A stretch of 64,000 nucleotides of DNA from Phoronis australis (Eukaryota; Animalia; Phoronida). The stretch's first letter is position 1. Each line of letters opens with the position of its first letter. Positions 38,536-51,820 of this stretch are shown in pieces. The position numbers and the translations under genes were made by a program. Below the pieces are notes generated by a model. It saw only the letters and a list, made by a program, of their open reading frames with translations, ran no database searches and was not told the origin of the DNA. The DNA is taken from contig NMRA01000664.1 in NCBI GenBank assembly GCA_002633005.1, forward strand, positions 1 to 64,000, in the 5' to 3' direction.

Positions 38536-41500
38536 AAACTTCAGCAGCCGCATCAAGTGACGCAAATTAATATGAGATTGTATGCTTGCTTCACTATCTT
38601 TATGTTTTCGGTAAGTTAAAAGGGTTTAGTTCGTGCTTTCAAATTAACTTATCATGAAATAGTTTGGAGATTTCTCGGGGTCTCTTTATCTAAAGGAAGG
38701 CCTCTTGAGATGTACGTTAATGACATATGAAGCCTATTTGTCAACAGGCCCGTCGGAAAGCAAACAATTATCGCATGGATCAAACCAATTAGACTTCGCC
38801 AAAATATCCCCACCATTCCTATCCCCCACCTCTTCCCCGAACCTCCCACCATTTCCTGAACGCTGTCATACATGTACATATATTTATACGAATCTGGCAT
38901 GTCCGGGTTAGGTGGGGGTAGGGCAATCCCGAAGATGCAGTCATCATGATTTGACCAACCGTACACCAACAAGGTTTCTCGTTGAGTAAAAATGGGCTTA
39001 GGGCAAGTCCTCTGACAGGTAGATACATGGGGGTGCCTCAGATAACTGTGGCTGAAATCTAACAGTGTAAAAATAAGAAATTTGGTGAACTAAAGCTAGT
39101 CGCTGATCAGCTCATCAATGATAGGCACTTTACCTCTTACTGTGTACTTATCCGTCTACGGCGGCTCTCAGGTCGTTTAAGTATAATCTGGTTTCGGGAA
39201 AAGATCATTATACTATAGCCATTATTTGGAGGAATTTTTGGAAAAAGTGAAGTCCAGGCGTATATGGTATGGTGTTTTTGAGCACTTTAAAACCCCTTGT
39301 TGAAACACGGCCGCTGGCTGGTCCTGTTTTTTGTGACTTGGTAAAGTGATACAGAGTGAGTCCCAAAATCTACACACTTCAAAACTCGGAATTCAAAATA
39401 AATTCCTGTGGATCACTCAGTTTCTGCGCAGGCCTATTACGTCGTTACATCTTATTTTAAACGTGGGTGCATCAGTCGATAGTGACGTGCTCGGTCTGTG
39501 TGGCATTCAGGTGAATGACAAGCAAACGATTCAGTTTTGAAGATCACATTTCATTGCGCAATACTACTGGAAACTAAAAATCAAGGAATTAGCAACGAGT
39601 AAACCCTGCCAAAGAGAGGTCTCTGGGAAAATATAGTATAGCATTCGCAAATTCTTCTGATTGGAATGTCCACGATGGACAGGAATCACTAACAATTTGT
39701 TTGGTTTCGCGCATCAGACCGTCACTAGAGGTGGCCGGGAAAGTTGGTATGCAAGATGGAAAGCGTTTTGTCTGCACGAGACCTACATGTTTGGAGTCAG
39801 AGATTATCTTATTGAGTTCGTCCGGTGTAACAACTCAAAATTCCAATTTATTACATCAAGTCATGGGCTGTGTAGCACAGAAATAAGTGGAGGGCTTTAG
39901 CCCGAAGCCCCTAACGGTTTATTGCGCGCCGCCCATGCAAGATTATTATTCATAATGGGTAAAATACATTAAAGGTCTTCAACGACAACATTTCAACAGT
40001 TGTTCGGAGTTTTTATCAGAAAAATCTTCGAATACAATTGTACAATTTATTATTGAGAGCATGTTAATGATTGTCACAAAATACCCTAATTATACTACTT
40101 ATCTTCCACCACTACCACAAAATACAAAATTTCGGTGAAACCTTATCAATTTCCAGGCAAACTTGATCAATGTGTTGTCTATACCAATCAGAATTATGAA
40201 TATCTTTTCGGAACATATTATGAGACATAATCGTATTGTAAACATGGTAACATGGCCTTAAAAGCTGCTTTAAAGAGATGCATCATTCATATCGTCCAAT
40301 TTTGGAAAGGATCATAACGTACTCACAGTCGACCAAGCACTATGATGCAGACTAATGGAGCTGAACCCTCATCCTGCTGAGCCTCTATTCAGACTACTTT
40401 CCCAGTGTGCTGAGCTAAGTAGGTCATCACTGACTACTGCTGTACACTAAGCTGTTGTGGAGGTCACCCAGACTAATGAACTAACAATTTTAAATTGGAA
40501 ATTTGAAGGGGGAAATATAGAAGCAACAGAAAAGAAGTTAGTACAAAACTTGTACAGAATTTAATGGACAATTTCACCATGTGTACATGTAAGTCTTTAT
40601 CATAGCCTTGGTGAAAGTAAACTGATCTACTGTCATCCTCTCCCGTATGGCTCCAGCCATACAATGAAACTATGTGTTTACACTTACATAAACATGCCAA
40701 TATCTCCCAAACTAGTAATCAAAGCCATATGGTTGAAATTGGAGAACTGTAGAGGAAACTGTGAAGTATGGAATGCTCATGGTCACATACTTAAACAACA
40801 TTGCAGGGCTCTTACAATTTCTGAATTAAAATCGCAAGTGTCCTGGGGTGTGTGCACTCTCCTAGCGCAGCCCAGCTGTAACTTATTATTTAGAAATATC
40901 TCGCCTAGCAGGCCGTCAATAGTGACGGCTTCACGTGTCAGTAAAGTTAACCAATGGCATTCGAAATCACATGCGTGATTCTGGACATGCTGAGGGGTGG
41001 TCAGATAGTGTACTACTTGGCAAAGGCAATGTGGGTCCACAAACTGTCTTTGGAAGGTATGCGGAGGCTATTGGTGCTAAAACTTCTCTTTATTTATAGC
41101 AGAAGCACACGAGGACTACCGTGCTACAGTAACATTTCCCGTGTGGTTGCAAATCATAATCCACAGAAAATTCTTAAATTGATAACAATTTTTTTTTAAT
41201 GTTTATTACGAAATCTTCAGAATACAAAGAATATACGTAACCCAGAAAGCGCCAAGAGGCATTAGATCTGGGTAAAAAATTACAAAGAGGTCTATATACA
41301 ACGATTATACATGTATACGAATACATAAATAAAAAAACTGATGTTAATAATACAATGACATATGACAACGAATGACAATAATTCATTTTCATACAGATGT
41401 ATAAAATTCTATCCACTCCCACAAAGAGATTTAATGTTATAAAGAAATTCTGATACTATTTCAAATAAAACCTTATTTTCGTTTGAGTTAACGTGTATGC

Positions 41501-41621
41501 AACGTGACTCTAGTACCTCAAAATAAATTTTATTATTATATCTTATTTGATTTCAGTGCCTTTTGTGCACAGCTCATAAAGAAACACGTAAAAATGGAAA
41601 AAAAAACAATAATTATGTACA

Positions 41622-42297
41622 ACGTCATGGGTTGAACCCAAGTCGTTTGGCACACTGTTCGGATCAGCAACTAAGTGTATAGAGTGAAGTGAAAGTAAAG
41701 TATATTTAGCGTCGAGAAGGTTCGTAGAGGGATGAAAAGATGTGTTTGCGGAGGCTGCAGCAACAGCAGTCAGGCGAAGAACGTCTCGGTGTTCCGAAGG
41801 ACGCCAAAGTTGCGCAGTAGTGGCATCGCTTCATGCGCCGAACGAGAGTGTGGGACCTCAGGGTGGACCAAGCGATTCTGTCCGGGGCCACTCTGTGTTC
41901 TGGCCACTTTGAGGAGTTGTGTTTCGACTCCAATCAGAGGAGATGTTACGATGAAAGTCTGGTTCAATAAAGGACAATATTTAATATTTAGAAACATCGG
42001 CTCTTTATTCAGGATCGTCTGTTGGATGACTGGGTTGACTGGCCGAGCCCGAGGACGCTTCTCTCGAGGGAGGATCCAGTTCGTAAGGCCTCAAAGTAGA
42101 AACGTATGCAGCTGAAAACATATCAAACTCGTTCTCGCTTTCGTGCAACCCCATTTCGTCATCCTGGCCACCATTCTCGTACGTTTCTTCATAGTATTTG
42201 TTCATTTCTTGCTCATAATCGTTGTCACTTTCAAATTCCCTACTCTCCGCAGTTGTTAAACGCTAGTCGCTGATTTCTTGTGTTCAACCCATGATGT
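41622..42297. mobile_element. Internally deleted Kolobok-like element (THAP + KolX-like, convergent)
   Basis: 21-bp inverted repeat acgtcatgggttgaacccaag (41622) / cttgtgttcaacccatgatgt (42277-42297). Plus-strand THAP MKRCVCGGCSN..(frameshift)PKDAKVAQ*WHRFMRR..LCSGHFEE. Minus-strand acidic ORF with LRPYELDP, like the PYxFEP start of KolX/P2RX7-like proteins. True termini not resolved. Confidence 0.5.
41732..41970 (+). pseudogene. THAP-domain remnant
   Basis: C2CH signature CVCGGC...W...LCSGHF across one frameshift and one stop. Confidence 0.7.
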
Positions 42298-42429
42298 CAC
42301 ATGGCGGGAAATGTGAAAATTGGCAAAATTGAAAGAGAAATCAAAATTTCGAGCTAATGACACAAAATAAACATGGATTTGGCTAAATTTTACGTCATGC
42401 ATTTATTCTGTGGCCACTGGTAATTCGAA

Positions 42430-45400
42430 ATATGCAAAATGTCCATGGTGTGTACTGTTTAAGTTCTTGACATCCATATAGAAAGAAATCAATTTTGTTG
42501 TACAATTGCGGAATTTTTTATAAACATCGGGGTATTGTTCGAGTGCCTGGAAGAGCTGTACCCTCTCCTCTTTGCATACCTCACAAGCAAAGAAAACATG
42601 AGGATATGTCTGATTATCTCCACAGGAACACAGAGGCGAAATATTATTTAAATTATGTCTAAATTTCTCGTTGTTTAGGAATAGACCACATCTTGATCTG
42701 TATAGGGTTATTTCATGGTTGTGGGGAAGTTGGAATGATGTCAATGGGACTGGCAAGTCTGAAGTAGTGGTATGCATTTTAAAGTTATTTTTGAGAGTGA
42801 CGATTGAAGTGATTTCTGTTATTTTGAATGGTAAGGAATTCCAGTTGTCAATACAAGTTAATATCGTTGATCTTCTGAAGGCTTGGCTGATGAAGGCTGG
42901 AATAGCATACATATTGCTTTGCCGGAGTCCTGGTCTCATGCTTGGTCTTTTGTAGGAGTCAAAGAGGACTTTGTTAGAGTAATTGTTTATGTTGGTTAAG
43001 ACTTTGAATTCATACATGGACAGGTGGAGTTGACGACGGGTTGCTAGTTTGCTCCAGTGAAGACTACAGTTGTATTTAGAACCTTGATTGTGTTGGACCT
43101 TTTGTGTGCCCCGGTTATGGCTTAAGCTGCTTGGTATTGCAGTCTTTCTAATTGAAGAATTATGCCAGCGTTTGCCGATTGGTAGATTATGTCACAGTAA
43201 ACTAGAAGTGGAAGTACAAAATACTTGGACAGAGTTTCAAGATGCAAGGAGTTCAGATGACGAGAGATAATTCTAATTGGATTATTTATTTTTTGTTTTT
43301 TTTGAACGAGTTCGAGAGTTTGTTAAGGTTAGTTTGCAATTGTAAGGAGTCATGGGGATGCTCTTTTGAGAATGCGTGGAAAATTGCAGTGTCATCAGTA
43401 TATAAGAATGTTTTAGAACTTATCGTGTCTGGAAGATCATTGATGTACAGTAACGGACTTTGTAAGTTCGATTTCCAGATATGATTTTAAAAGTAAGAGG
43501 AGAGTGCCTGAGAAACCGTAAGATTGTAATTTATGTAGAAGCAGGTCATGGGGAACGACATCAAAAGCTGACGCAATGTCTAAAAATACGGATCTCACGT
43601 TGTACCCTTGGTCAAACTGGATGTGGATGTCGTCTACAATTTCTGTAAGTTGCTACACAGTGCTGTTACCAGGCATGAATCCAAATTGGCGACAATGTAT
43701 AAGATTTTGTGAAGAGAGGTGGTCAAACATGTGCTGAGAAATGATTTTTTCTAAAATTTTGGAGAATGTGTTAAGTTGAGTTATGGGGCAATAGTTGGCA
43801 ATGTTTGTTTTGGAGTTCTTTTTGTGTAATGGTATCATAACGCCAAGCTTCCAGTTCGAAGGAAATTTTCCAGATTGTAGTATTTTGTTGTATAGTGTTG
43901 TCAGAGGAAGTGTAAGCTCTCTTGCTATTATCTTGATCATTTCATTGGTTATGAGATTGGTGCCGTCGTTTTTGTTTTCGTCAATGTTTTCTAGTAGTTT
44001 CCCGACTTCAGATGGTTGGGCTTTTATGTAAGAGAGGTGTTCTAATATTCTGTTTGGGAATTCTGGATAGTTTATTGTTGGTGCAATGTGACTCTTGGCA
44101 GTGAAGTAGTCTAGAAATAAGATACTTTTATCGGCTTTGGATGACGCCTGAGAGTTGGATTCTTTTGAGTGGATGGTGAGGTATTATGGTTGCTTTACCT
44201 GTCCTCAAATTTTGTTTACTATATTCCAATATTCCTTAGAATTTTTGGAGACAATTTTGATATTGGAGATAACTTTCATCTTATAGTCTTGTTTTGACTT
44301 TTCAATTAGTTCTTCCACACTCTTGCACGGTTCTCTGTAGCACTTGAACGTGCATGGGCTATTTGATCTTCTGAACGATCTGTACAGTTTATTTCTTTTA
44401 TTTATTTCAGACTTAATGTTATTGTTAAACCACGGTTTGTTCTTTGTTTTTTACTGTTTTCATGGTTGATGCGATATTATTATCTGATATGTTGTAGAGT
44501 GACTGTGTGAATATTGAGACTGTGTCATTTATGTCACTTTTATTACGTATTGCAGTCCAGTAGAATGTGGTTATGTCAGAGCTCAGTTTGTCCATGTTAA
44601 TGAGGTTGTAATTCCAGATCTTCTTCATAATGTCTGGTTCTTTAGGTGAGCAGTTGAGTATGAATGTTGTTTCTATAACGAGGTGGTCTGAGTTACCAAT
44701 GGGAGGCCTTACAGATGTGGATTCAATTAATCCGAGATTGTTTGTTATACATAAATCAAGGCAAGAATGTGAATACTCTGTTAAACGTGTCGGCTCGTTT
44801 ATTACAGTATACAGTCATTTGTGAGGAGAATATCGAATAATTCGACACCGGCTTGGTTGTCATTGTCTTCTGACTACCAAGTACTATTTCTTGCGTTGAA
44901 ATCCCCGTTGATAACAATTGTTTTATTAGTTTGAGAGAGTTCTTGCAATTGTTCTGAAAAGGTTTTGAAATATGCTTTCCTTTCATTAGACGTTTGTGAG
45001 GGTGAGCGATAGAAAAAACCGCAATATACCTTTGTGTGGTTAACGTAAAGTTCAATCCAACAGTTACTCATTGATTGTATAATTTTATCATCAATTGTTT
45101 TGTAATTTACGGAGTTGTGGACAAAAAAGATCAACCCCCTCCCGGCGTTACTGTGGTAGGCAATGTTGTATTCTGGAATAATAAGTGCACTGAGGTTGTC
45201 TTCGGACAGTGTTCCAGATTCACATATAGCAATGACCATGTAAATGCTGTCTGTAATAACTTGCTTGAGAAGATCAAATCTTGAAAGATTGTTCGCCTTG
45301 ATACTGTTGATATTAGTGAATAAGACCTTGAAGCTGGCTAAACCCTGAGTGCTATGTCACCAGCAGTCAAAAGACTTTGCTGAATGATAACTCCGCTATC
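42430..45400 (-). mobile_element. CR1-type non-LTR retrotransposon ORF2 (APE + RT), degenerate
   Basis: APE motifs VIAICES, FFYRSPSQ, NGDFNA, SDH. RT motifs WKLGVMIPLHKK, NYCPITQLNTFSKILEK, QFGF, VFLDIASAFDVVPH, YTDDT (~43390). C-terminal WNSLP and CSCG..HVFFAC. Many stops. Confidence 0.9.
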
Positions 45401-46397
45401 ACAATGTGCAGTAAACATTACGTAAGTGCTCAGTTCGGGGTCGTTTTCGTAGTATAAGAGTGAGGTCGAGCATAATAGATGAAAAACAGTGGGGTATTTT
45501 TGTTTTCCAGACACCCGAATAATTATATTTATTATGTCTGTAGTTAAATACTGATAAATTCATACAGTTCATAGTTAACATGCTTATCTAACAAGAGAAA
45601 AAGAAGTATATACAAGTGTGCGAATAGACTAAAAGTAATGAAGTAAGGACAAAATCTATGAACACTAGGGTAGGCATGAAAATTCCCACCACCACTAATT
45701 TAATTACATTGAGTTAGGCTAAATCTTGCAAATACAAAGTGATGGCTTAGTAACATTAACAAGTGAAATAGATTGGCGTACTACGGATGTGATATTAGTT
45801 CAAATAGATGAGAGTCAACGGGTTACAAGTTGTACATATGTAGAACATTAACACTGTACTTTGGGATGAAAATATATTGCCAATTAAGTTGTCTTATTAC
45901 GCATGACGCTGCCCGAGTCAAATAGAGCTCTGAGACAATACGATACTCGTTTGGCCGTTTTTAGCTTGAACGTTAATGGTGATAAAAATTGAAACAACTT
46001 AAAACGCGAAGTTAACTACTGAACTGATTCACACTTGATGGAAGTCTTGATCTGTAGATGAAAATGAATCATTGAGGTAACACACATGTACATGTACATG
46101 TACATGTATCTGAATGACATAACTACAGTTGTCAAATTCAGCGTAGTTACATAATCATGACACATGTGAGACGTGAAATAATTTAAAAAATATTCATTAC
46201 TAAGATAAAAGGTGTTCTGATTTTACTCCCTGTTGTTCCATTGTTATTAGGAAGCCATGCGTGTAGGCTGTAGCTAATTGAGCCAGAAGAGCATTTGAAG
46301 TACATAACAATTCTCAGTCAGAATAAGTACAAAAAACTCCTGGGTGATTTTGCCGTCAGAAGGAATGATGATGCGAATTTCAGCGAGCTAAACGGGA

Positions 46398-49300
46398 TAG
46401 TCGGTGGGCCAGAATTTGTAGGGCCTCTAGAAAATGGTTTTTGTGAGTACTTTAGGGGGGCAATTTTATTTTGTTGTTTTTGAATTCATTTATTAGAGTG
46501 TTTTCAAAATCTAAAAAGTTCCCACATATAAAGTTGCACATTTTTGAGAAATTTGAGTTTGAAGTTACCTAATAATCACCAAAGAGCTTAGTAAACTTAT
46601 ATTTGTAAAAACAACAGTTTTGGTGACTTTTTTGTAAAACAAGTAATATGGTCCCATCAGTGACATTGCATTGAACAATATTACACTCACATTACATGTT
46701 TTACTATTGTAGATTAATATATAAAAAATAATTGCAGGTGGTCTGATACACGTTGTATCAGACGTGCGCAAGCCTCGCATGTGGGCCCATTGCACTGATC
46801 ACCTGGAAATATTTTTATGCTTTATTAATATGTGGTTAAAACCGAGCTGAGGAGCTAGAAACCTGGCTCAAAGGTTTAGCAGTTTGTCCTGGTTGGACTT
46901 GAACCCACGACTTCGAGTAAAGAAAGCGGGCACTTATCAACCAGGCCACACTGCCTCCTCTTTGTAGATTAATTGTAAACAGTGAAATTTAAAAAATGTA
47001 AAAAGACACCTAGTGTCAAAAATGCAAACTAAGTCTGAATGTTACTAGGAAGTTATTCTGGCATTGCCTGGCAACAAAAATAACACAAAACACTTGAGAC
47101 TGGGCAGAAGTTGTGCCTCAATGACTAAAACATTGACTAATGGTGTAAAATACGTCTTGTTTGCATAATACACCAGAAATACTTTATCGTACAAAAAATA
47201 ATATAGTTGAATGATCTCTGTGAATGTTCACACAGACTGTATGAAAACAATAGATTATTCTGACAGCGTTTATCAAGCAGTTTGAGACAAATACATGACA
47301 AGGATCAAAGTATGTACTTTCTATTACTTAATTATCAACAAATAAAATTAACTTTTTAATCCAAAAAACCAATGCTATGCAGTCAGTGTTGCTGATGTTA
47401 CTAGAGTTGTCACAGCTGCACATTTCTGTACAGTTTGATCCAGTATTGCAGCACAAACACAGTTTTCCAGCACACATGTTCTTTTTGCCCTTGCAGAGTT
47501 CATCGTTTAGTACTGTCAATGGAGATGCGAACATTGCCATAATTTTAACTGCAAAGCTCCACCACCAATGAGCCAACTATGGTCGATTAGAGAGGGTGCA
47601 GCACCACACACTGGTGATTCGCAGGCAATGAACAGTCAAACACTAAATCCTTGTTTGGAGGCTGGCAGGATTTGAATAAACGTTTGATTCAAAATATGTT
47701 ATAATGGGATGTGTAAATTAGAGTCAGCAAGTGAATTATTGAACACTAGCATCAATTCACTTTCGTGTCTCTTAGTCGGTCACAAACTACAACAGTGAGT
47801 AGCTTCAGCAATATTGCTTAAGATTGCCTGTCCAGATAACTTCATGCACACCAGCATTCTGAAGAACAGCTTCAAAATCTTGCTTTAGTTTTGAAAGGCA
47901 AATGACATCTCCATGTGTTAGAAGCTTTGATTCAATGAACTCCAAACAAGACTGTAGAGAAACATCTCTGAAAACTGTGGATTCGTCACTCTTCACAATC
48001 GTTGTTTTTCTATTTTTATTGCATGAGGATCTGTGGTTCTTGGCTTCTAAGACACAAGGTCTTTATCTTTTAATTTCATTTGCATATTCAGGGCTCTGGA
48101 CTGAGCTGTCGCTTGCGATACAAGTCCAACTGAAAAAAACCCGAACTGTTAACGCTAATTTAACATTCAACTATGAGTGAGTTGGCAAGGAACTTTTTCA
48201 GATGGACTTATCAGGAACTGATCCACCACCAGACTAAGAAATTTACATGCCGTCTGATCTGTCGCCTAAAAATGTTGATCGTCTAATAATTAGATTAGTT
48301 GATGCAACTGAAAATAAATCAGCTGATGTACCAGAGCAGTGATTGAAATTTATTTTTTTAAGTCAGATGCTCAAACCATAGTCAATAGATTTAGACTTAA
48401 GGTAATCGACATTTCACGAAATGGAAAGTGGCTTCCATCGTCCTCAAATTACGACGACGATGGCCACATAGGCACTCTAATTTAATTATCACTGCAGCTA
48501 CCTAAGTAATTAATGTTTACACAAAATTGAGAAGAGGTTCCCCCTATCCCAGGACTACGGCAGGGAATGATGACCACTAGGGCATGTTATTTGCAACCAT
48601 CTACTCCATTTAACCATCTCAAAAACTTTTGACTCAAAGTGCTTTAAAATCACACCCACAGTATAACGCCATATGGTTAACCCTTAGCGCAAGCAGGGAC
48701 AATGTGGCAACTGAACAATGGAGTGTTCGAAAAACAGGATTGCAGGAGTATTTGTTTAAACTGGGAACAAATGAAAACATTAACCAACTCCTCAGAGGCA
48801 TCCCACTACGCGGTACGTCTAAATTTATAGGAACATAATTTGCTGAAAAGCATCCGGCATATGGAGTACCTATGGTATGATCACCGTCTCTACTGGGTCA
48901 GCGGTATTACCTAATGCCTAGGCAGCCAAGGGGCTGAACAAGTTAAAAAACAACTGGTGACAATACTGAAACACACATGGAAAACACCAAGATATACCTT
49001 TCAAAAACACGTCCCTGTTTTTCAAAGCTATACTTCTTTCTCTTTCTTGAAATATGGTCCACAATATACTTTTCCTGCTAATAGGTGATGCACTCATGTT
49101 TCAGAATGTTCCTATCATATTCTGGTTAATTGGGTGTTTCAGATTTTGGAAGTATAATTGATTTTCTTGGGAAATCTTGGATAACATCTGTATCACTTTC
49201 AGCAGCTGCAGCTTTAGTACTACTGTTGGTGCCTTGAAACGTTGCTATGCCGTTCTATGTCCCTTCAATTTTTTGGTCTGACACTTGGTCTTCTAGTCTA

Positions 49301-49783
49301 CAGCACTCAGCAGTATACTACGTAGGCTATACCAGGACATGCAGCTGTTTTCAAAACAAACGTTTTTGACACCTCTTCTTCTTTTTGATCTACTGATCTA
49401 CAGAGTTCCACAGTCCACCAGCTTTCGTTAGGAAGCTTTCCTAAGCTTCTTTAGGCTCTGGCATCACAATTTTGTGCTGTTTGATATACCTTGAATTATA
49501 CGAGCATCACACTCCATGGGAGCAGCCATGTTGAAGTAACTAAGCACAACAATACAATCTGGCTTTCTGATTGGTCAATTCAACAGAAAAGAGCCACCAA
49601 GTGTCAGGATTGTGCATAATATTTTGTGCAACAAAAACACCTTTTTAAAAAAATGTGCAAGTGTAGACGTGGGAACTTTTTGGAATTTTATTTATAGGTA
49701 TATTATCTAGCCACATAGAAAAAACTAGGTTGCCCCCTCAAAGTACTCACAAGGATGAACGCTGAGATCTGGCCCACCGACTA
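46398..49783 (-). mobile_element. Academ (AcademX-like) DNA transposon, internally deleted
   Basis: TIR TAGTCGGTGGGCCAGA at 46398 and its reverse complement ending at 49783, plus longer subterminal inverted matches (tgtgagtacttt..ggggcaa; aaaagttcccac..ttgcacattttt). Flanks gga/aga. Internal minus-strand remnants include a Cys-rich C-terminal finger CKGKKNMCAGKLCLCCNTGSNCTEMCSC (~47410-47500). Confidence 0.8.
46800..46956 (-). mobile_element. tRNA-derived SINE fragment nested in the Academ element
   Basis: Minus strand ggcagtgtggcctggttga (A-box-like) ... gtgggttcaagtcc (B box), followed by non-tRNA sequence. The 3' limit is approximate. Confidence 0.55.
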
Positions 49784-49867
49784 AGATGCCATTTGAGAAC
49801 TGCATCTTATTTAGACGAAATTTCGCTTCTTTCCACTTTCCATAGTTTTAAGGTCTCTTCTGATGCA

Positions 49868-50102
49868 AAACCTTGCAACAGAAGACCTAACAACAAAAGA
49901 TCTAGCACCAAAAGACCTTTCAACAAATGGCCTAGCAACAAAACACCTAGCAAAAAAACACCTAGCAACAAAACACCTAGCAACAAAACACCTAGCAACA
50001 AAAGACCAAACAACTAAAGATCTAGCAACAAAAGAACTTGCAACAAAGGACCTAGCAACAAAAGACCAAGCAACAAGAGACCTAGCAACAAAAGACCAAG
50101 CA
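49868..50102. repeat. 15-bp minisatellite (cctagcaacaaaaga/ca), about 15 copies
   Basis: Directly visible; it explains the low-complexity ORFs 49793-50117. Confidence 0.95.
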
Positions 50103-50149
50103 TTTGCACCAATCTAAGAATCACTTCTCCATGGCAAGGATGGAACTAG

Positions 50150-51820
50150 CAAATAAACTTGTGTTGAAGGCAGATTAATCATTACTGAGGAATGCAATAA
50201 GGGTGGCGTGTCAAGTCATGTGCCTATGCACAGAAAGACTGTTACCCGATATTCGACACCTTATAAAACGTGGTGACAATATCAAAGACAAAGACAAGAA
50301 AATAGACTTGAAAGTAGACATGAATGTCCTTCAGTTGATTTGCCAATTGGGCTTCTTCCTTTACTCGTTTCCTTGTTGAACCGAGTGGTACCTTGCGCAC
50401 CGGAAATATATATTTCCTCGCAGAAGTACCAACAGAACTTGGCGACTGTCATCAAATAATTCAACCTCATGACCAGTCTTCCCTCCTAAATATTGGTGGT
50501 CAGGCATTACCGGTAGCTCTTGGGAGGACTTGTGGTGATAGAGACCTGGCTGAATCATTCGAGTATCCGGTACTAAACAACGATTCCAGTACCAAAAATG
50601 ATATCACTCTTGATAGATACAGATAACAAAACAGCAAAGACACAACCACAAAACATCACAGTAAACAAACTTGACCAATTAGATGACTTTTGGAAGGCTG
50701 TGATGTTCCCAAACCCCAATACTTGTCAACTTTTCCGGCACTGGGTGGGAATGACGTAAATGTAGGCCTACTCACACAAACACTCGTTTATTTTGAGAGG
50801 AATTGTGTCTGGAGGTGCCTGAAGATAAATTTACTCTAAGGTTCAAAGATGAGCTTCAAGTAAAGTCATATAAAAACACAACTGATTTGAGGGCTCTGCA
50901 ATCCAAATATGAAGAAGCAGATACAGGAGTGGCACTGCTTGCTCTCTACAGCCAGATTAGTTCATATGTCTTCTAGGGACAGTGATGTTCTCGTACTATC
51001 GTCCTTCCAACAAATGCAACGTGAACATACATGTATCTGGGTGAGGTCGTGTACACCAAAGAAAATTCGACGTGTTAAAGCAGGTTTCAACGACTACATA
51101 CATGTACATGTAGAGGCGCTTCAACATCCGTGTTAGCTATTCATGTGCTGACCGGTTCTGACACCATGTCATACATCGGTAATCACATGGACAGTTTCGG
51201 TAGAGCATCGCAGATTATTTCAGATCTTTTGCGTTGGTGAACTCATATAGGAGACAATGACGTTTTCAGAAGCATTAGTTTGCAGAATAGACAACGTTAT
51301 CAGAACAGACTCTGTACAAGTAGCACGACATTTAATTTTTTTAAGACCGTGAAACCAGAAACCCTTCCCTAACACAGGATGCCCTGTCTTTCCATTTGAC
51401 GAGAGTACATTAACAAGACTAGGTATGATGAAACCTTCATGGTCCAATTCCTGAGTCGCCAGCACAATCTGATATTGGATTACTCAAACGGATTCAGTAC
51501 TGCAGACCACAATGATAAACACAGAGTCTTATTCCATACAACTGCATAGATGAGGCATCTTGTGAATGCCAGAATCCTAGTTTGTTAATTACTTACTCTG
51601 GTTGCTGAAAACATACAATTTTGAAGACGGCTAATGTACGTGCCCAATTCTGCCAATTTGCAGTCTCATACTCCAGCGGCAAAATTAGGGGTCATGTAGT
51701 GCACAAAATTTAGCCTAAATGATTTTGTTAAAATACCTATCCATCAACAAAATTGAAGTCGTTTTGAATTATTCCGTATGTATTATTTTTTTTTGAAATC
51801 TACTGTTTTTATATGGACTA
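50150..51820 (+). mobile_element. Second Academ (AcademX-like) element: transposase 3' part with XPG/PIN-like domain, decayed
   Basis: SGTLRTGN, ITLDRY, LQSKYEEADT (~50900), SRDSDVLVL, HVLTGSDTMS (~51140), ETLP..QDALSFHL. Probable right terminus ..atatggacta at 51820. Confidence 0.7.

Noticed and set aside
39450-41100. Second YqaJ/SWIM gene (WFRASD, HQVMG on +; AALGECTH on -)
   Set aside because: The motifs are too degenerate and lie on opposite strands; they cannot be supported without a profile search.
46880-46956. tRNA gene
   Set aside because: A/B boxes are present but no convincing cloverleaf or acceptor stem; better explained as a SINE head.
49793-50117. CRISPR-like array or repetitive protein ORFs (KDLAT/KHLAT; GVLLL)
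   Set aside because: It is a head-to-tail 15-bp minisatellite with no unique spacers or cas genes; the ORFs are by-products of a stop-free unit.
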